Assembly: GCF_004010195.1 (NCBI RefSeq)
Contig: NC_057749.1
Span: 17,207,658-17,271,657, forward strand
From: Chiloscyllium plagiosum
Taxonomy: Eukaryota
DNA: 64,000 nucleotides
Direction of reading: 5' to 3'
The notes below the pieces were generated by a model. The model saw nothing but the letters and a program-made list of their open reading frames with translations, did not search any database and was not told the origin of the DNA. Below are positions 1 through 13,850 of the stretch, piece by piece; position 1 is the stretch's first letter; each line of letters opens with the position of its first letter. Made by a program: the position numbers and the translations under genes.

Positions 1-150
1 TCCTCCCTTCCTTTCTCCTTCCTCTCCTTTCTCCTCTTTCTCTCCTTCCTCTTTCTCTCCTTCCTCTTTCTCTCCTTCCTCTTTCTCTCCCATTCTCCGT
101 CTGGCCCTTGCCCTCTACCCCTGTCTGGCCCTCTCCCTTTCCCTCCCGTC
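1..150. repeat. Pyrimidine-rich simple repeat (TTCCTCTTTCTCTCC-like units)
   Basis: Directly visible CT-rich tandem units. Confidence 0.85.
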
Positions 151-159
151 TGGCTCTGG

Positions 160-519
160 CCCGTGCTTGCCCATTAGCACCACTCTAATCTTGAGCTGAA
201 ATGGCATCTATTGTTAAAGTTCACTTGAGAATGTAACTTTAAGAAAGGTTCTGCGATTTACATATGAAAGAACTGAAACCAACACGGTTATTCTAAAAGA
301 TGAGGGACATAACAAACAATCCAGGTCTTTTTCAATACATCATTTCAACTGTAAACATTTGCTATAAATTCTGTGTCTTACGATCTTATACTACAGAACC
401 ATCGATGAAGGAGCAGCGCTCTGAAAACTAGTGCTTCCAAATAAACCTGTTGGACTGTAACCTGGTGTTGTGATTTTTAATTTTGTACACCTTAGTCCAA
501 CATCAGCATCTCCAAATCA
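160..519 (+). mobile_element. PLE 3' pseudo-LTR fragment with degenerate hammerhead (~401-433)
   Basis: Reverse-complement similarity to 24580-24870 and 28376-28467; ends ...catctccaaatca like 40600-40694. Confidence 0.8.
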
Positions 520-1010
520 AGTTCATGTCTTGATAGTGTGAAGAAAGGAATTAAAATATTTTACTCTACCTTTCAGCACTTCTAAGTATCTAGGGGAGGT
601 GGATGTATGTAATCAAGTTGGAGGTGTAACATATATTAATTTCCTAAATTTTGTCTAATATTTTGGCCATCATATTGACTCTAAATTCGTCCAATGTCAT
701 CCACCCAAATAAACAAAAACGTTAAGGTACTCATCTTTCTAATGGAGAATGATAAACAACCAAGTCATAAGTTAATAATTTAAATTAGAATTCAAAAATG
801 TAGTCATGACACAATACAGTGCTTTGAGAAGGACAATACCACTAAGCATTCGTTCAAAAACAAGGCCAGCGGGAGAGGGGTGGAGTGAAGATAAATGTGA
901 CCTATAGGAATGGAATGAATGGAAAAAATTGCTTAGCACTAAAGTGCAACACAGGTTTTTTTAAATGTGTCATTGGTGGAAGGGGAATAACTTGGGTAAT
1001 AACTAAAGAA

Positions 1011-1220
1011 GCTGGAAATGTGTTGCTGGAAAAGCGCAGCAGGTCAGGCAGCATCCAGGGAACAGGAGAATCGACGTTTCGGGCATAAGCCCTTCTGAAG
1101 AAGGGCTTATGCCCGAAACGTCGATTCTCCTGTTCCCTGGATGCTGCCTGACCTGCTGAGCTTTTCCAGCAACACATTTCCAGCTCTGATCTCCAGCATC
1201 TGCAGACCTCACTTTCTCCT
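1011..1220 (+). mobile_element. Fold-back mini-PLE (inverted pseudo-LTR) with 14-bp TSD
   Basis: 87-bp inverted arms 1010-1096 / 1099-1185 with one mismatch; TSD taataactaaagaa at 997-1010 and 1221-1234; same terminus as 10450-10580. Confidence 0.92.
1095..1126 (+). ncRNA. Minimal hammerhead ribozyme core
   Basis: CTGAAGA-A-GGGC-TTAT-GCCC-GAAA-CGTC; the 5' strand of stem I is lost at the fold-back point. Confidence 0.65.
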
Positions 1221-2289
1221 TAATAACTAAAGAACACCTAATAAGCCTTGAAATTAGTGAATTGGGTTGCTGCATGTTTTTTGCTGTTTTATCTCTTTGG
1301 GTCTTCCTAATGCATGTTTTATAGCCAATAAATTACTTTCGAAATATTGTTACTGTTTTGGCAACTAATTTATTGTTCACAGCAAGATATCTCAAACTAC
1401 AATGAGATGGTTGATTTATTTTCGTTAGTTGCAGAGGCAGTTTTGAAGACAGAATTCCTTTGTTCGAATCGTGCAATATACTGCTTAGATGTGATAACAT
1501 TTAAAATATAATACACTGAATGAATGACCACAGAATGGGAGCGGCAGGGACTTTGGACTCTACAGCGAATAACTACATTTCTAACTAACCCATTGTTCTA
1601 AATAGGGTATCCATATTATTGAGTTCTTTAAGAATGCAGTTTGTAATATTTGTAGGCTGTCCCTGTGAAACCTGCTAAACCTTGTAGTAGTGTCACTGCA
1701 GGCCCCTTTCTTTCTTGCATTTGGTTGGAGAAAAACAAGGTAATTTTTCTTTTTTTTTTCCACATTTCCTTCATTCTGAATTATATTTCCATCCCTTAGA
1801 TGTGAATTTCATCAGAGGTATAAAGCTTGTAGATAACATGAATACTTAAATTGGGAAAATAGTGTTTGTTCTGTATGACCTCCTTAAAATTATCTGTCAA
1901 AGTTGGGGAGTGGGGAGAGATATGTGTGCAAAATAAATATTAACGTCAGGGCACAAACCTCCTTGTATCCAGACCAGGTTGCAGTCAATATATGGGTTGG
2001 GTGAAGTTAACTCACCCCACTCTTTTACACCACCTTCAATAACTAGCAGTATGAAGCAATTATTATTGGAACTTGAGAAATTATTTTTATTCAGGAAAAG
2101 TGTGTAGATTATTTAATATCTGGCAGAATATAAAAGTTTGGTGTGGTTGTCAGAGGTCAGTTTTCTCAGTTTCAGAGTATCTTTGCAGAAGCCTCTCCAT
2201 ATCTAATCAATCTGTTCAGCAATTTTATACTTGATCTTTGGAGCAAGTGGGACTTGAATCCAGGTAGGGATGCTACCACTGTATCACAG

Positions 2290-3235
2290 GAGCTCTTTGG
2301 TGCCTCGAGCAACATCCTTGGCCTGACCATTTTTAGCTGCTGCTCCAGTGATCTCGTCTCCAACATAATATCAAAAGTAGGGATGTTTGCTAATGCTTGC
2401 ATGATGTTCAACACCATGACTCTTCAGATATTGAAGCAATTTATACCCAAATATAGCAATACCTCGATAACATCCAGGCTTTGGCTGACAAGTGACAGGT
2501 CACACAAACACCAATCCATGACCATTTCCAACTAGAGAAAATCTAACCATTGCTCCTTGATACCCAATGGTATAGCCATGACTGAATTCCATATTATCAA
2601 GATCTTGGAGGTACTATTAAGTAGAAACTGAACTGGACTAGCCATATAAATACTTGTGGCTGCGAGCAGGTCAGAGGTGAAGAATGCTGAACTGAATGTC
2701 TCACCACTTGACTTTCTGAAGCCTGTTCAACATCTACAGGGGTCAAGCCAGAAATGTATTGGAAAACTCTTCATTTTTCTGGATGAGTGTAGCTCCAACA
2801 CTCAAGAAGCTTGACACCATCCAGGACAAACTGCCCGGCTTGATTGGCACCATGCTCACATTCATTCCCTTCATCTCCAACACTCAGCAGTCTGAGATAT
2901 CAGTAGGGTGCACTTTGGGATTTAACCAAGTCTCCTCAGATGGCACCTTCCAAACCCATAGCCATTACCATCTAGAAGGACAAGGGCAGCTAATAGATGG
3001 GAACACCACTACCTACAGGTTCCCCTCCAAGCCACTCACCATCCTGACAGGGAAATATGTATCCATTCCTTTAGTGTCACTGGGTTAAATTCCTGGAACT
3101 CTTTCCTGATTGCATTGTGGGTGTACCTTCCAGACATGGCTCAAGAAGGAAGCTCACCACCAGCTTCTCAAGGGCAATAAATGCTGGCCTAGTGTGCAAT
3201 GTCCATGTTCCATGAGTGAATTCAAAAGGAAAATA
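2290..3235 (+). mobile_element. Old CR1/L2-clade LINE 3' fragment
   Basis: Degenerate FADD-like RT motif near 2384; tail (gggtgtacct...caagaagg...caataaatgctggcc) is shared with 44570-44720 (-) and 57400-57610 / 60490-60620. Confidence 0.7.
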
Positions 3236-5379
3236 GATAAAAAGCATTGGCAACATTCTAGTCTAGTGCTGGAGTTCCAGGAATTAAAAACTTAACCATC
3301 AAGATGGTGCTGCAAGCAGGGCAGGAAAATAAAATCAGTGGCATATAAAGTGCCTTTTCTTTGAACATTTCTGTTTTTGTTGATTGGGAACACAGAAAAG
3401 AATAGTTGATTGAGCAAAGCTGTAAGTCATTTGAATGAATCTCCAGTAGTATGTACCATCATGCCCCTAAGTTACAATAATGTGCACAGAACAGTAAAGA
3501 CTATTGATTTGATGACATCCTTGCTCTTGATTCAGGACACAAGCCAGTAACCCGTTTGTAAAATTTAGGCTGGCAGTCCAGTGTTACGTTGTCAGATTTG
3601 CTTTCTGTTTTGATGAGATGTTGAGCAGAGACCTATCTGCCTTGTATTTGGATAGAAAGAACTTGTAATACTTCCTGGAGACAGAAATCTCCTGTGTATG
3701 ATCACCATTTATTCAATTTTGTAGTATCCGTTAGCTAATAATTAATCTGTTTTGTGGCTTATGGAATCTCACTTTGCTAAAATTAGCTGCTATACTTGCC
3801 TCAAAGCCTGTCTGCGCTTGACTGCGTTTATTTTAGAAAAAAGACATTCCTTCATTTTAAAGTGCTTTAGAATGATGCAGATTATGTTGATCAAGTCAAA
3901 GTTTATTTTCTTACTTGACATTGTGCTGCAGCCAATAAAAATGAAAGTTTTTTTATTCTAATTGACTAGTTCAGAGATGATATTACACAGCAGGTGGAAC
4001 TTCACCTTGGGTTTCCTGGCTCAGAGGTAGGGCTTCTACCACTGTGCCACAAAATTCTTTCATGTACAGATAATAAGCTGAGGGAATTCTGATTTCGTGA
4101 TAGTCTCCTAGCTTCAGTGCTGGATGCTTGCCTTCTGATTAAGTCTGCAATATTATGAGCAACATTTAGCTCATTTGTTATAATCGCTATGCCTTTATCT
4201 TGATGGTTTGCGATGCAATTAGAAATTAAACTAACTTAACAATATGTGAACCATCTGAAATGGGGGTAAGAGTATTTTTTTTCTGAAAGAATGCAGAAGC
4301 AATGTTCAAGTTCCCAACACTTGTAACCTGAGGTATTCATACTCCCATGTCCAATCGGTATATTGTTGCTCAGAGCAAGTTGCAGTTTCTTGCTAATTTG
4401 TTGAAATTATATATTGTCTAAGGGAGCAAGTAGCAGTTATTGTGGCAAAGTGGTAAAATGAATTGAGCTAGCTTCTGCATCAGAATACCCATGAAAAATA
4501 TGGTTCCTGATGTTTCCTCAGTGAATGCAGTAACTTAGAGAAAGTCATCATATGCCATTATGAATTGAGCACTCAAAGTTAAGGTATATTTTTAAGTAAT
4601 TTGATAGCAATTTTAAGACTAAAGTTGTGAGTGAAACATTATAATTTATTTGATTCTTATTCCATGTAAAGGTGCAGCACATAGTTTGTAGAATTGGTAG
4701 ACGTCGTTCTCATTGTTTGTTCACCTTCAGAGCCTGCACAGACCTGTTTCATTTTCTTCCTGTCTTGGTGCCAAGTGTTGACAATTTTGAGGAAGCTTCC
4801 AATTTTCAACTTCAGACATGTGGAATAAGAAAGTGTTTGGGAAAGGGATGCTTCACATGATTTTGGAAGGGAAGATTGCAGTTGGAATTTTTCAGTGATG
4901 TGCAACACACTGATTTTACTGCTGGATGAGTACATTGATTTTAACAGGCTTAAAAGAGAATACTTGACAAACTGCTGTTTGTTCAGCTCTCATATACATG
5001 TAGCTTATTGCCATTATTTCTACAATGGTAGTAGAATCATGAGTGAGTTGTGGTGATTGTTGGCAAGTGTCAGTCAGTGACCTTGACCTCTGCTGTTTAA
5101 AAAAAACATTGTTCCAAGTCTAGGTTTTACTTTCTCTGGCTGACATTAATACTTCAAACCAGTTTCTCTGGTAATTTTAGTTTAAAGGCTTTAGCATAGT
5201 TTCTTTTTCTTTGTCAGGATTTTTTTGAGTTTCCTTTTTTTGTAATTTGCATCATGACTAAGTTGCACAATAATTCCTGCATTCAGCTGAGGTAGAATTT
5301 GAATGAGATGTGATGGCTTAGTTAGGGCACTTGAGCGTTACAAGTTATCCAGGAAAGACCTGACGAGAGAGCTCAGAGG

Positions 5380-6265
5380 GACCTGGATGAGGGCATAGAA
5401 GGATGGGTTAGTAAATTTGTGGATGGCTTTAAGGTCGTGTGGCTAGTGATGAAGGATGTTGTAGGTTATAGATGGACATAGGTAAGCTGCAGAGCTGGGC
5501 TGAGAGGTGGTGAATGGAGTTTAATGCGGTAAAGTTTGAGGTGATTCATTTTGAAAGGGTAACAGAATGCAGAGTACTGGGCTAATGGTAAGATTCTTGG
5601 TGGTGTAGATGAGCAGAGCGATCTCAGTGTCCTGGTACATAGATCCTTAAAAATTGCTACCTAGGTTGATAGGGTTGTTAACTTTTATTGATCGAGGGAT
5701 TGAGTTTCAAAACCATGAGGTCATGTTGCAGCTGTACAAAACTCTGGTGTGGCCACGTTTGGAGTATTGCGTGCAGTTCTGGTCACTGCATTAGAAGAAG
5801 GATGTAGAAGCTTTGGACAGGACTCAGAGGAGATTTAAGAGGATGTTGCTTGGTATGGAGGGAAGGTCTTATGAGGAAAGGCTGAGGGACTTGCTGTTTT
5901 CATTAGAGCATAGAAGGTTGAGAGGTGACTTACATGAGATATACAGAATAATCAGAGGGTTAAATAGGTTGGACAGTAACAGCCTTTTTCCTCAGATGGA
6001 GATGGCTAGCACGAAGGGACATGGCTTTAAATTGAGGAGTGATAGATGTCAAAGGTAGATTCTATACTCAGTAGTAGGGGGCATGGGTCACAATGCTTGC
6101 AACAAAGTCTTGCCAACTTTAATGGCATTTAAGTGGTCATTGGATAGGCATATGGACGAGATTGTAGGTTAGAATAGTGTAGGTTAGATGGGCTTCAGAT
6201 TGGTTCCATAGGGTGGCGCAACATCAAGGGCCGAAGGGCCAGTATGTGCTGTAATGTCCTATGAA
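5380..6265 (+). mobile_element. CR1 LINE 3' fragment
   Basis: ORF2 C-terminus (QRRFKRMLLGMEGRSYEERL...RRLRGDL) followed by a CR1 3' UTR. Confidence 0.9.
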
Positions 6266-7039
6266 TGAAAATACATTTCTAGAGCACTGATATAAGCCTA
6301 ATTACTGTTGATGCATTCTTTTCGTTTAAACTTTGTGTGACAATCAGTTCTGAAATTGTTGTTCAAATCTAAATCATGCATACTGCTTATTTATTTTTTA
6401 AGAAGGCATTTGACTGATGTGTTAGCATTATATTTAACATCTAGTTCTTTAACCATTATGAATATGCTAGCTCATCATATCGATGTTATCAGCAATTTTA
6501 TAAACTGATACAATATTAGTGATTAATTTGAATCATCCATGATATATTTCATTTATTAATTATGGTTGGGAGCATACAGAATGCATGCTGTGATGATGCA
6601 TTAAAGTCCAAAGTATTTGTGCCACACCAGTCAGATTTGAGGGTGTACTATTATGATACATATGCTGGAGTCTTAGAAAACTAATCATTTTGTAGCATAT
6701 GGCTGTTGAAGTTTCCAGTGGTAACAGATATTTCCATAGGTGCCTGATCTTTTGGGTTCGATTGCTTATAGATCTTTCAGTCAATACAGTAATAATGAAC
6801 TTGAAATGTATTTGCAGATGATGTTTGACTTTACTGACCCTGTTTGTGGAAGAAGAAAAGGAAGTGTATTGAGAAAAAGGTGCCTTCGTGTGAAATTGTA
6901 AAAGATGGAAGTATTCGATTTGAAATTAATTTGCTTGTTTTAATATAGATACAGTAATGCCACTAACAGGAAAGAATCTTTTTGGGCACGCTGTAAGTTA
7001 TGTATAGCTTTCACATAATCACAGACATAATGCTAATTA

Positions 7040-7150
7040 GAATATCATGGTTTCAAATCCCACTCCAAAGATCGACACAAAATTAACGTTAGTACTGCTT
7101 TGCATACTGAGGGAGTGCTGTACTTCTCGAAGTGCTGACTTTGAAATTAG
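7040..7150 (+). mobile_element. Degenerate DeuSINE/SacSINE1-like fragment
   Basis: B-box-like ggtttcaaatccc followed by actgagggagtgctg, which resembles the Deu domain as I recall it. Confidence 0.45.
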
Positions 7151-7730
7151 ACAAAATAATGTAGGAGCAGAAGTAGGCTATTCACTCTAATGAAGTCTGC
7201 TTTGCCATCCATTGAGATCATGTTTGATTTGATAAGACATAATTCCACTTATAGGCTTTTGCTCATAACCCTCAAGTCTTTCACTGGTTAAAAATTCTGC
7301 TATCTTAGCCTTAAATGCTGTTGACGATCCAGCCTCAACAGCTGTCCGCTGTAAAGAATTCCGCTGATTCATCACCCTCTGAGAAAGGAAATTCTTCCTC
7401 ATCTCTGTTTTCAAAAGGTGACCCTTATGATACTCTTTGGACCTACGGGAAACAACCCTTCCGCACTTACTCTGTCAAACCTCTGAAGAATCTTGTATAT
7501 TTTCTTCTAAATTCCAGTGAGTACAGACCCAACCTACTCAACCTTGCCAAATAGGAAGATCCATCCGTACCTGATATCAACCCAGCGAGCCATCTCTGGC
7601 CTGTCTGCAATGCCAGTGTATGTTTCCTTGTATAAGGGGACCAAAATTGTTCACCACATTCCAGCTGTGCATGACTAACGCCTTTGCAAAACCTTCCTCC
7701 ATTTATATCTCTTTTCCTTTGAAATAAACC
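7150..7730 (-). mobile_element. CR1 LINE 3' fragment, interrupted by the PLE at 7731
   Basis: Minus-strand ORFs QFWSPY, RLGLYSLEFRR, NFLSQRVMN. Confidence 0.85.
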
Positions 7731-9505
7731 CACCCACGCCCTTCAACTCCTCCAAGACTTCTGTTTCCCCGGCCCACAATGCCTCATCTTCACCATGGAT
7801 ATCCAATCCCTCTGCACCTCCATCCGCCATGACCAGGGCCTCCAAGCCCTCCATTTCTTCCTCTCCCGACGTCCCCAACAGTACCCTTCCACTGACACAC
7901 TCATTCGTTTGGCTGAACTGGTCCTCACCCTTAACAATTTCTCCTTCAAATCCTCCCACTTCCTCCAGACCAAAGGGATAGCCATGGGCACCCATATGAG
8001 CTCCAGCAATGCCTGTCTCTTTGACGGCTACGTAGAACATCCATCTTCCGTAGTTACACTGGCACCACTCCCCACCTCTTCCTCCACTACATTGATGACT
8101 GCATCGGCACTACCTCGTGCTCCCGCAAGGAGGTTGAGCAGTTCATCAACTTCGCCAACACATTTAACCCCGACCTTAAATTCACCTGGACCATCTCTGC
8201 CACCTCCTCCCTTTCCTGGACCTCTCCATCTCCATTAATGACGACCAACTTGACATTGACATTTTTTACAAACCCACCGACTCCCACAGCTACCTGGATT
8301 ACACCTCTTCCCACCCTACCTCCTGCAAAAATGCCATGCCGTATTCCAAATTCCTCTGCCTCTGCCATATCTGCTCCCAGGAGGACCAGTTCCACCACAG
8401 AACACACCAGATGGCCTCCTTCTTTAGAGACTGCAATTTTCCTTCCTACGTGGTTGAAGATGCTCTGCAAGGCATCTCATCACATTCCGCACCTCCGCCC
8501 TCAAATCGCACCCCTCCAACCGTAACAAGGACAGATTCCCCCCTGGTCCTCACTTCCAAGCCTACCAACCTTCGCATAACTAGCATCACCTGCCGACAAA
8601 CGGACCCCACCACCAGGGGTATATTTCCCTCCCAACCTCTTTCCGCTTTTCGCCAAGACCGTCCCTCTGAGACTACCTGGTCAGGTCCACGCCCCCCTAC
8701 AACCCACCCTCCCCCCTACAACCCACCCTCCTATCCTGGCACCCTCCACTGCCACTGCGGGAATCGCAAAACCTGTGCCCACACCTCCCCCTCACCTCCA
8801 TCCAAGACCCCAAAGGAGCCTTCCACATCCATCAAAGTTTCACCTGCACATCCACCAATGTCATTTATTGTATCCGTTGCTCCCGATGCAGTCTCCTCTA
8901 CATTGGGGAGACTGGACGCCTCCTAGCAGAGCGCTTTAGAGAACATCTCTGGGACACCCGCACCAATCAACCCCACCGCCCTGTGGCCCAACATTTCAAT
9001 TCTCTTTCCCACTCTGCGGAGGTCCTGGGTCTCCTCCACCATCAATCCCTCACCACCCGATGCCTGGAGGAAGAACGCCTCACCTTCAGCCTTGGAACAC
9101 TTCAACCCCAGGGCATCAATGTGGACTTCACCAGTTTCCTCATTTCCCCTTCCCCCACCTCACACTAGTTCCAACCTTCCAGCTCAGCACTGCCCTCATG
9201 ACCTGTCCTACCTGCCAATCTCCATTCCCACTTATCCCCTCCACCCTCCCCTCTGACCTATCACGTTCATCCCCACCTCCATCCACCCATTGTACTCTTT
9301 GCTACCTTCTCCCCAGCTCCTCCTCCCCCCGCCCCCCCACTTTTCTCTCCACCCTGGAGGCTCCCTGCCTCCATTCCTGATGAAGGGCTTTTGCCCGAAA
9401 CGTTGATTTTTCTGCTCCTCGGATGCTACCTGACCTACTGTGCTTTTCCAGCATTACTCTAATCTAAACTCTGGTTTCCAGCATCTGCAGTCCTCACTTT
9501 GCCTT
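7731..9505 (+). mobile_element. 5'-truncated, frameshifted PLE (RT + GIY-YIG endonuclease + pseudo-LTR)
   Basis: MDIQSLCTSI and GIAMGTHM RT motifs, YIDD near 8088, GIY-YIG NVIYCIRCSRCSLLYIGETGR near 8857-8920; terminus 9372-9505. Confidence 0.93.
9373..9408 (+). ncRNA. Minimal hammerhead ribozyme in PLE pseudo-LTR
   Basis: attc-CTGATGA-A-GGGC-TTTT-GCCC-GAAA-CGTT-gatt. Confidence 0.75.
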
Positions 9506-9624
9506 ATATTTAATTTGCCTTCCCTATTACATGCTGAACTTCAATAGTTGCTCATTCTCATCCATAGATCAGGAGTTGCAAATCTCTCTTCTGTAAATTT
9601 ATGCAGTCTTAAACAATATGTATA

Positions 9625-9890
9625 AGACATAGGAGCTGATAGGTTTCTCAACCCCATTCTCCTGCTTTCTTCCTGTAACCCTTGAACCCCTTGATACTCA
9701 AGAACTTATCTATCTTCATCTTAAATATACTCAATGAGCTGGCCTCCACAGCTTTCTGTGGCAATGAATTCCATAGATTCGCCACACTCTGGCTGAAGAA
9801 GTTTCTTTTTGTGTCCATTCTAAAAGGTCTTCCTCTTACCCTAAGGCTGTGCCCTCGGGTCCTAATCTGTGCTCCTATTGGAAACATCTT
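9625..9890 (-). mobile_element. CR1 3' end fragment
   Basis: ORF RTRGHSLRVRG...NFFSQSVANLWNSLPQKAVEA. Confidence 0.88.
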
Positions 9891-10449
9891 TCAGCTCCTC
9901 TTCCTCCTGCCAAAGTGAATAAGCTGAAAATTTCCCACATTATATCCCATCTGCCAAGTCTTTACCCACTCACTTATCCTGTCTATATCCCTCTGCAGAC
10001 TGTGTCATGCTCATAACCAACTGAAGCACATCGTTTTAAGAAAAGAATGAAGAAAGATACTGGAGACATAAACAGAAACTGACAATCTTAATCTTTAAAG
10101 TAAAATTACAAATATTCACCAATTCTACTCGCTAAACTCTCTGCACTTGCATTGCTCAGTTGCTGGCTTGAATGGGTAGGCCTCTTTTGTCCGCATCTTT
10201 TAGCTTCTCCCATCTATCTCTTCCTCTGGAGAGTTTACAACTTCCAGTATGATGCATTAAGTGGAGGCCCTGATGAGATGGAATTAAAAGATTCCATGGA
10301 CTTATTAGGAGAAGAGAAAGAGAGCTCCATTTGTTCAAGATTTATCCCTGAAATCAAACCCTGAAACATAAACGTCAGAACTAGGAGTAGTAGTAGACAA
10401 TTTCGCCTTGAGGTTGTAATGTTGTACAGCATGGAAGCAGACACTTTGG

Positions 10450-11052
10450 GGAGAAAGTGAGGTCTGCAGATGCTGGAGATCAAAGTTGAAACTTTATTGC
10501 TGGAACAGCACAGCAGGTCAGGCAGCATCCAGGGAACAGGAGATTCGACGTTTCGGGCACAAGCCCTTCTTCAGGAATGAGCAGAGAGTGTTCAGCAGGA
10601 GAAGATAAAAGGTAGGGAGGAGGGACTTGGAGGAGGGGCGTTGGAAATGTGATAGGTGGAAAGAGGTCAAGGTGAGGGTGATAGGTCGGAGTAGGATGGG
10701 GGCGGAGAGGTCAAGAAGAAGACTGCAGGTCAGGAAGGCGGTGCCGGGCTGGAGGGATTCGGCTGAGACAAGGTGGGGGGAGGGGGGATGAAGAAACTGG
10801 TGAAGTCCAAGTTCATCCCCTGCGGTTGGAGGGTCCCCAGTCGGAAGATAAGACGCTCCTCCTCCGACCGTCGGGTTGTTGTGGTTTGGCGGTGGATGAG
10901 TCCAATGACCTGCATATCCTCGGTGGAGTGGGAGGGGGAGTTGAAATGCTGTGCCACAGGTTGGTTGGGTTGGTTCGTCCGGGTGGCCCAGAGGTGCTCT
11001 CTGAATCGCTCCGCAAGTAGGCGGCCTGTCTCCCCAATATAGAGGAGGCAAC
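10450..11052 (-). mobile_element. PLE 3' fragment (GIY-YIG C-half + pseudo-LTR) with 14-bp TSD
   Basis: LLYIGETGRLLAERFREHL; TSD agcagacactttgg at 10436-10449 and 11053-11066; inserted in a CR1 tail. Confidence 0.93.
10543..10578 (-). ncRNA. Minimal hammerhead ribozyme with intact core and stem I
   Basis: Minus strand ATTC-CTGAAGA-A-GGGC-TTGT-GCCC-GAAA-CGTC-GAAT; stem I ATTC/GAAT is fully paired. Confidence 0.82.
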
Positions 11053-12055
11053 AGCAGACACTTTGGTCCAACTTGTCCGTGCTAACCAGATATCCTCAAT
11101 TAATCTAGTCCCATTTGCCTACATTTGGCCCATATCCCTCTAAACCTTCCTACTCGTGTACCCATCCAGATACCTTTTAAACGTTAGAATTGTACCAGCC
11201 TCCACCTTTTCTCTGGCAGCTCTTTCTCTACATGCACCACCCTCTGTGGAAAAAGTTACCCCTCAAGTCCCTTTTCTATCTTTCCCCTCTCACCTCAAAC
11301 ATATGCCCTGTAGTTTTGGAATCCCCTTATTCTGGGGTGATGACCTTGTATCTTTCGCCTATGATTTTATAAACTTGTATAATGTCACACCTTAGCCTCT
11401 GACACTCCAGAGAAAATAACACCAATCTATTCAGTATCTCCCTGTAGCTCAAACCCTCCAACTACACCAATATCCCTATAAACCTTTTCTCAAGTTCTTT
11501 CAAATTTAACAATATTGATCCTATAGCAGGGAGACCAGAATTGAACACAATTCTGGTTTAATCAAAGTCCTGTACAGCCGTAACATGGTGTCCCAACTAG
11601 TAGACTCATCGCACAACCAATAAAGCCATTGTACCAAACTCCTCCTTCACTACCCTGTCTCTCTTAGGCTCCACCTTCAAGGAACTATGAACCTGCACCC
11701 CAAGGTCTCTTTGTTCAGCAAGACTCCCCAGGACCTTACCATTAAGCGCATAAGTCCTGCCCTGATTTGCCTTTCCAAAATGTAGCACCTCACATTTATT
11801 TAAATTAAACTCCATTCAAGCAATGGACCCAGCACTGATCCTTGTAGCAGGTCACAGAACTCCAGTCTGAAATACAACCCTCCAACACCACCCACTGTCC
11901 TAATTTCAAGCCAATTTGTGTCCAGTTGGCTAGCGCTCCCTGAATTCCATGTGATGTAACCTTGCTAAGCAGTCTACTAAACAGAACTTGTCGAATGCCT
12001 TGCAGAGGTCCATCTAGACAATATCCACCTCTTCACCTACATCAATCTTCTTTGA
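11053..12055 (-). mobile_element. CR1 LINE 3' portion (tail continues at 10410-10449)
   Basis: MEFNLNKCEVLHFGKANQ...QRDLGVQVHSSLK. Confidence 0.9.
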
Positions 12056-12162
12056 GCCTGCTGTATCATGTTATATGATTGTGACTGATCCCATCGTGGC
12101 CTCAACTCCACTTACATGCTCGATCTCCATAGCCCTTCAACCCATTACTAATTTAAAACTCT

Positions 12163-12291
12163 AGGCGGAGGTGAGTACTGCAGATGCTGGAGATTAGAGT
12201 CAAGATTAGAGTGGTGCTGGAAAAGCACAGCAGCCAGGCAGCATCCAAGGAGCAGGAAAATCAATATTTCGCGCAAAAGTCCTTCATCAGG
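12163..12291 (-). mobile_element. PLE terminal fragment truncated at the hammerhead, 13-bp TSD
   Basis: TSD aatttaaaa(c/a)tct at 12150-12162 and 12292-12304; minus strand begins cctgatgaagg; sits in an old minus-strand CR1 (~12060-12860). Confidence 0.85.
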
Positions 12292-13624
12292 AATTTAAAA
12301 ATCTGTCTATCTTAAATTTATTCAGTGTCCAGTGTGCTGCCCCTTATCATAAACCATGACCTCTAGTTCTAGATTGTCCCACATGCAGAAAAATCCTTTC
12401 TATGTCTAATTTGTCAATCCTTTTGGCATCTCATATAACTCTTTTAGATTGTTGTCTTGTTCTTCTGAACTCCAGAGAGTATAGGCCTCAACTGCTCAAT
12501 CTCTGTTCACAGCACAAATCCCTCATCTCTGGGTGCAATCAAGTGAACTTCTGAACTGCCTCCAGTATAGCTACATATTCGTCATGACAGAGGACCAAAA
12601 TTTTATGCAGTACTGCAGGTACAGTCTCAGTAATGCATTGTATAGTTGGAGCAACACTTCCTTTTGTATCCTTTTCCTTTAGCAATAAATACCAAAATTC
12701 TATTTGCCTTTTACCTGCTGTACTTGCATATTAGTTTTCTGTGATTCGTGTATGAGAACACTCCGATCTCTCTACACCGAAGCAGTCTGATGATTCTCTC
12801 CATTTAAATAATAAGTTGCCATTCTATTTTTCTGACCAAAATGGATAACCTCTCACATATCTATTTGCAAGTTTCTTATTTCTTCATTGTAACTTACTTT
12901 CCTGAAAATGCATTGATAATTCATCTCCTTGTTCTTTGTGGGATCTTCTTGGTAAATGGGCTGCTGCAATACCCATATTTCACAAATATGCACATTTCAA
13001 AAATAATTAACTGCAAAATGTCTTGGATTGCTGAAAATGTGAACGATTCACATAAATGCAACCCTTTTTATTATCAAGTCTGGTTGGTATGTAACTGAGT
13101 CATTGCAGATATTATTAGGTGTGATTGTAGTATTTGGTCCTGGGAAGAAATTAAAAGCTGGCATTGTTACTGAAACACAAAGGAGCACTGGGGTGTTACT
13201 ACAGTGCAAGTGTGAATGAATGGCATGAATAATGTCATCCAGTTATAATATAATTGTTGTGTTGCAAAGGCTTGATTGACCACGGATTAAAACAAGTATC
13301 AAAGCACAAGTACACCCAGTCAGCTGCTTTCTACTTATTTAAGGATAGTGATGGTACAGTTCTCTCCTTTCAACAATCATAACTGTTCCACCAAAAGTCT
13401 TTACAATTCAAGGACATCACAGAAGCTCAGCATTTTCAGGTGTTCTTGTTTGCTTTGAAATGTTGTTGAGATGGATAACAAGAATTCAACCTTGGTAAGT
13501 ATTTTCCTTCAAAGAATGCACTAAAATATTTGTTATTTTGAACATGGAAATTTTTTGTAAATAGTGTGAATCTTGGGATCCAGCATCCAATTTTCATCCG
13601 AGTCATAGTAAAAAAAAACCATTG

Positions 13625-13850
13625 CCAATCCAATCTTCCGGCACCTCACCTGTGACTATTGATGATATGAATTTCTCAGCAACGGACCCAGTAATCACTT
13701 CCCTAGCTTCCCTCGGAGTTCTGGGGTACACCTGATCAGGTCCTGGGGATTTATCCATTTTTATGCATTCCAAGACATCCAGCACCACCACCTTTGTACT
13801 ATGGACATTTTTCAAGTTGTCATCATCTATTTTCCACACATTCTATATTG
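13625..13850 (-). mobile_element. CR1 ORF2 fragment (continues at 16542-16870)
   Basis: DKSPGPDQVYPRT...GEVPEDW. Confidence 0.88.
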
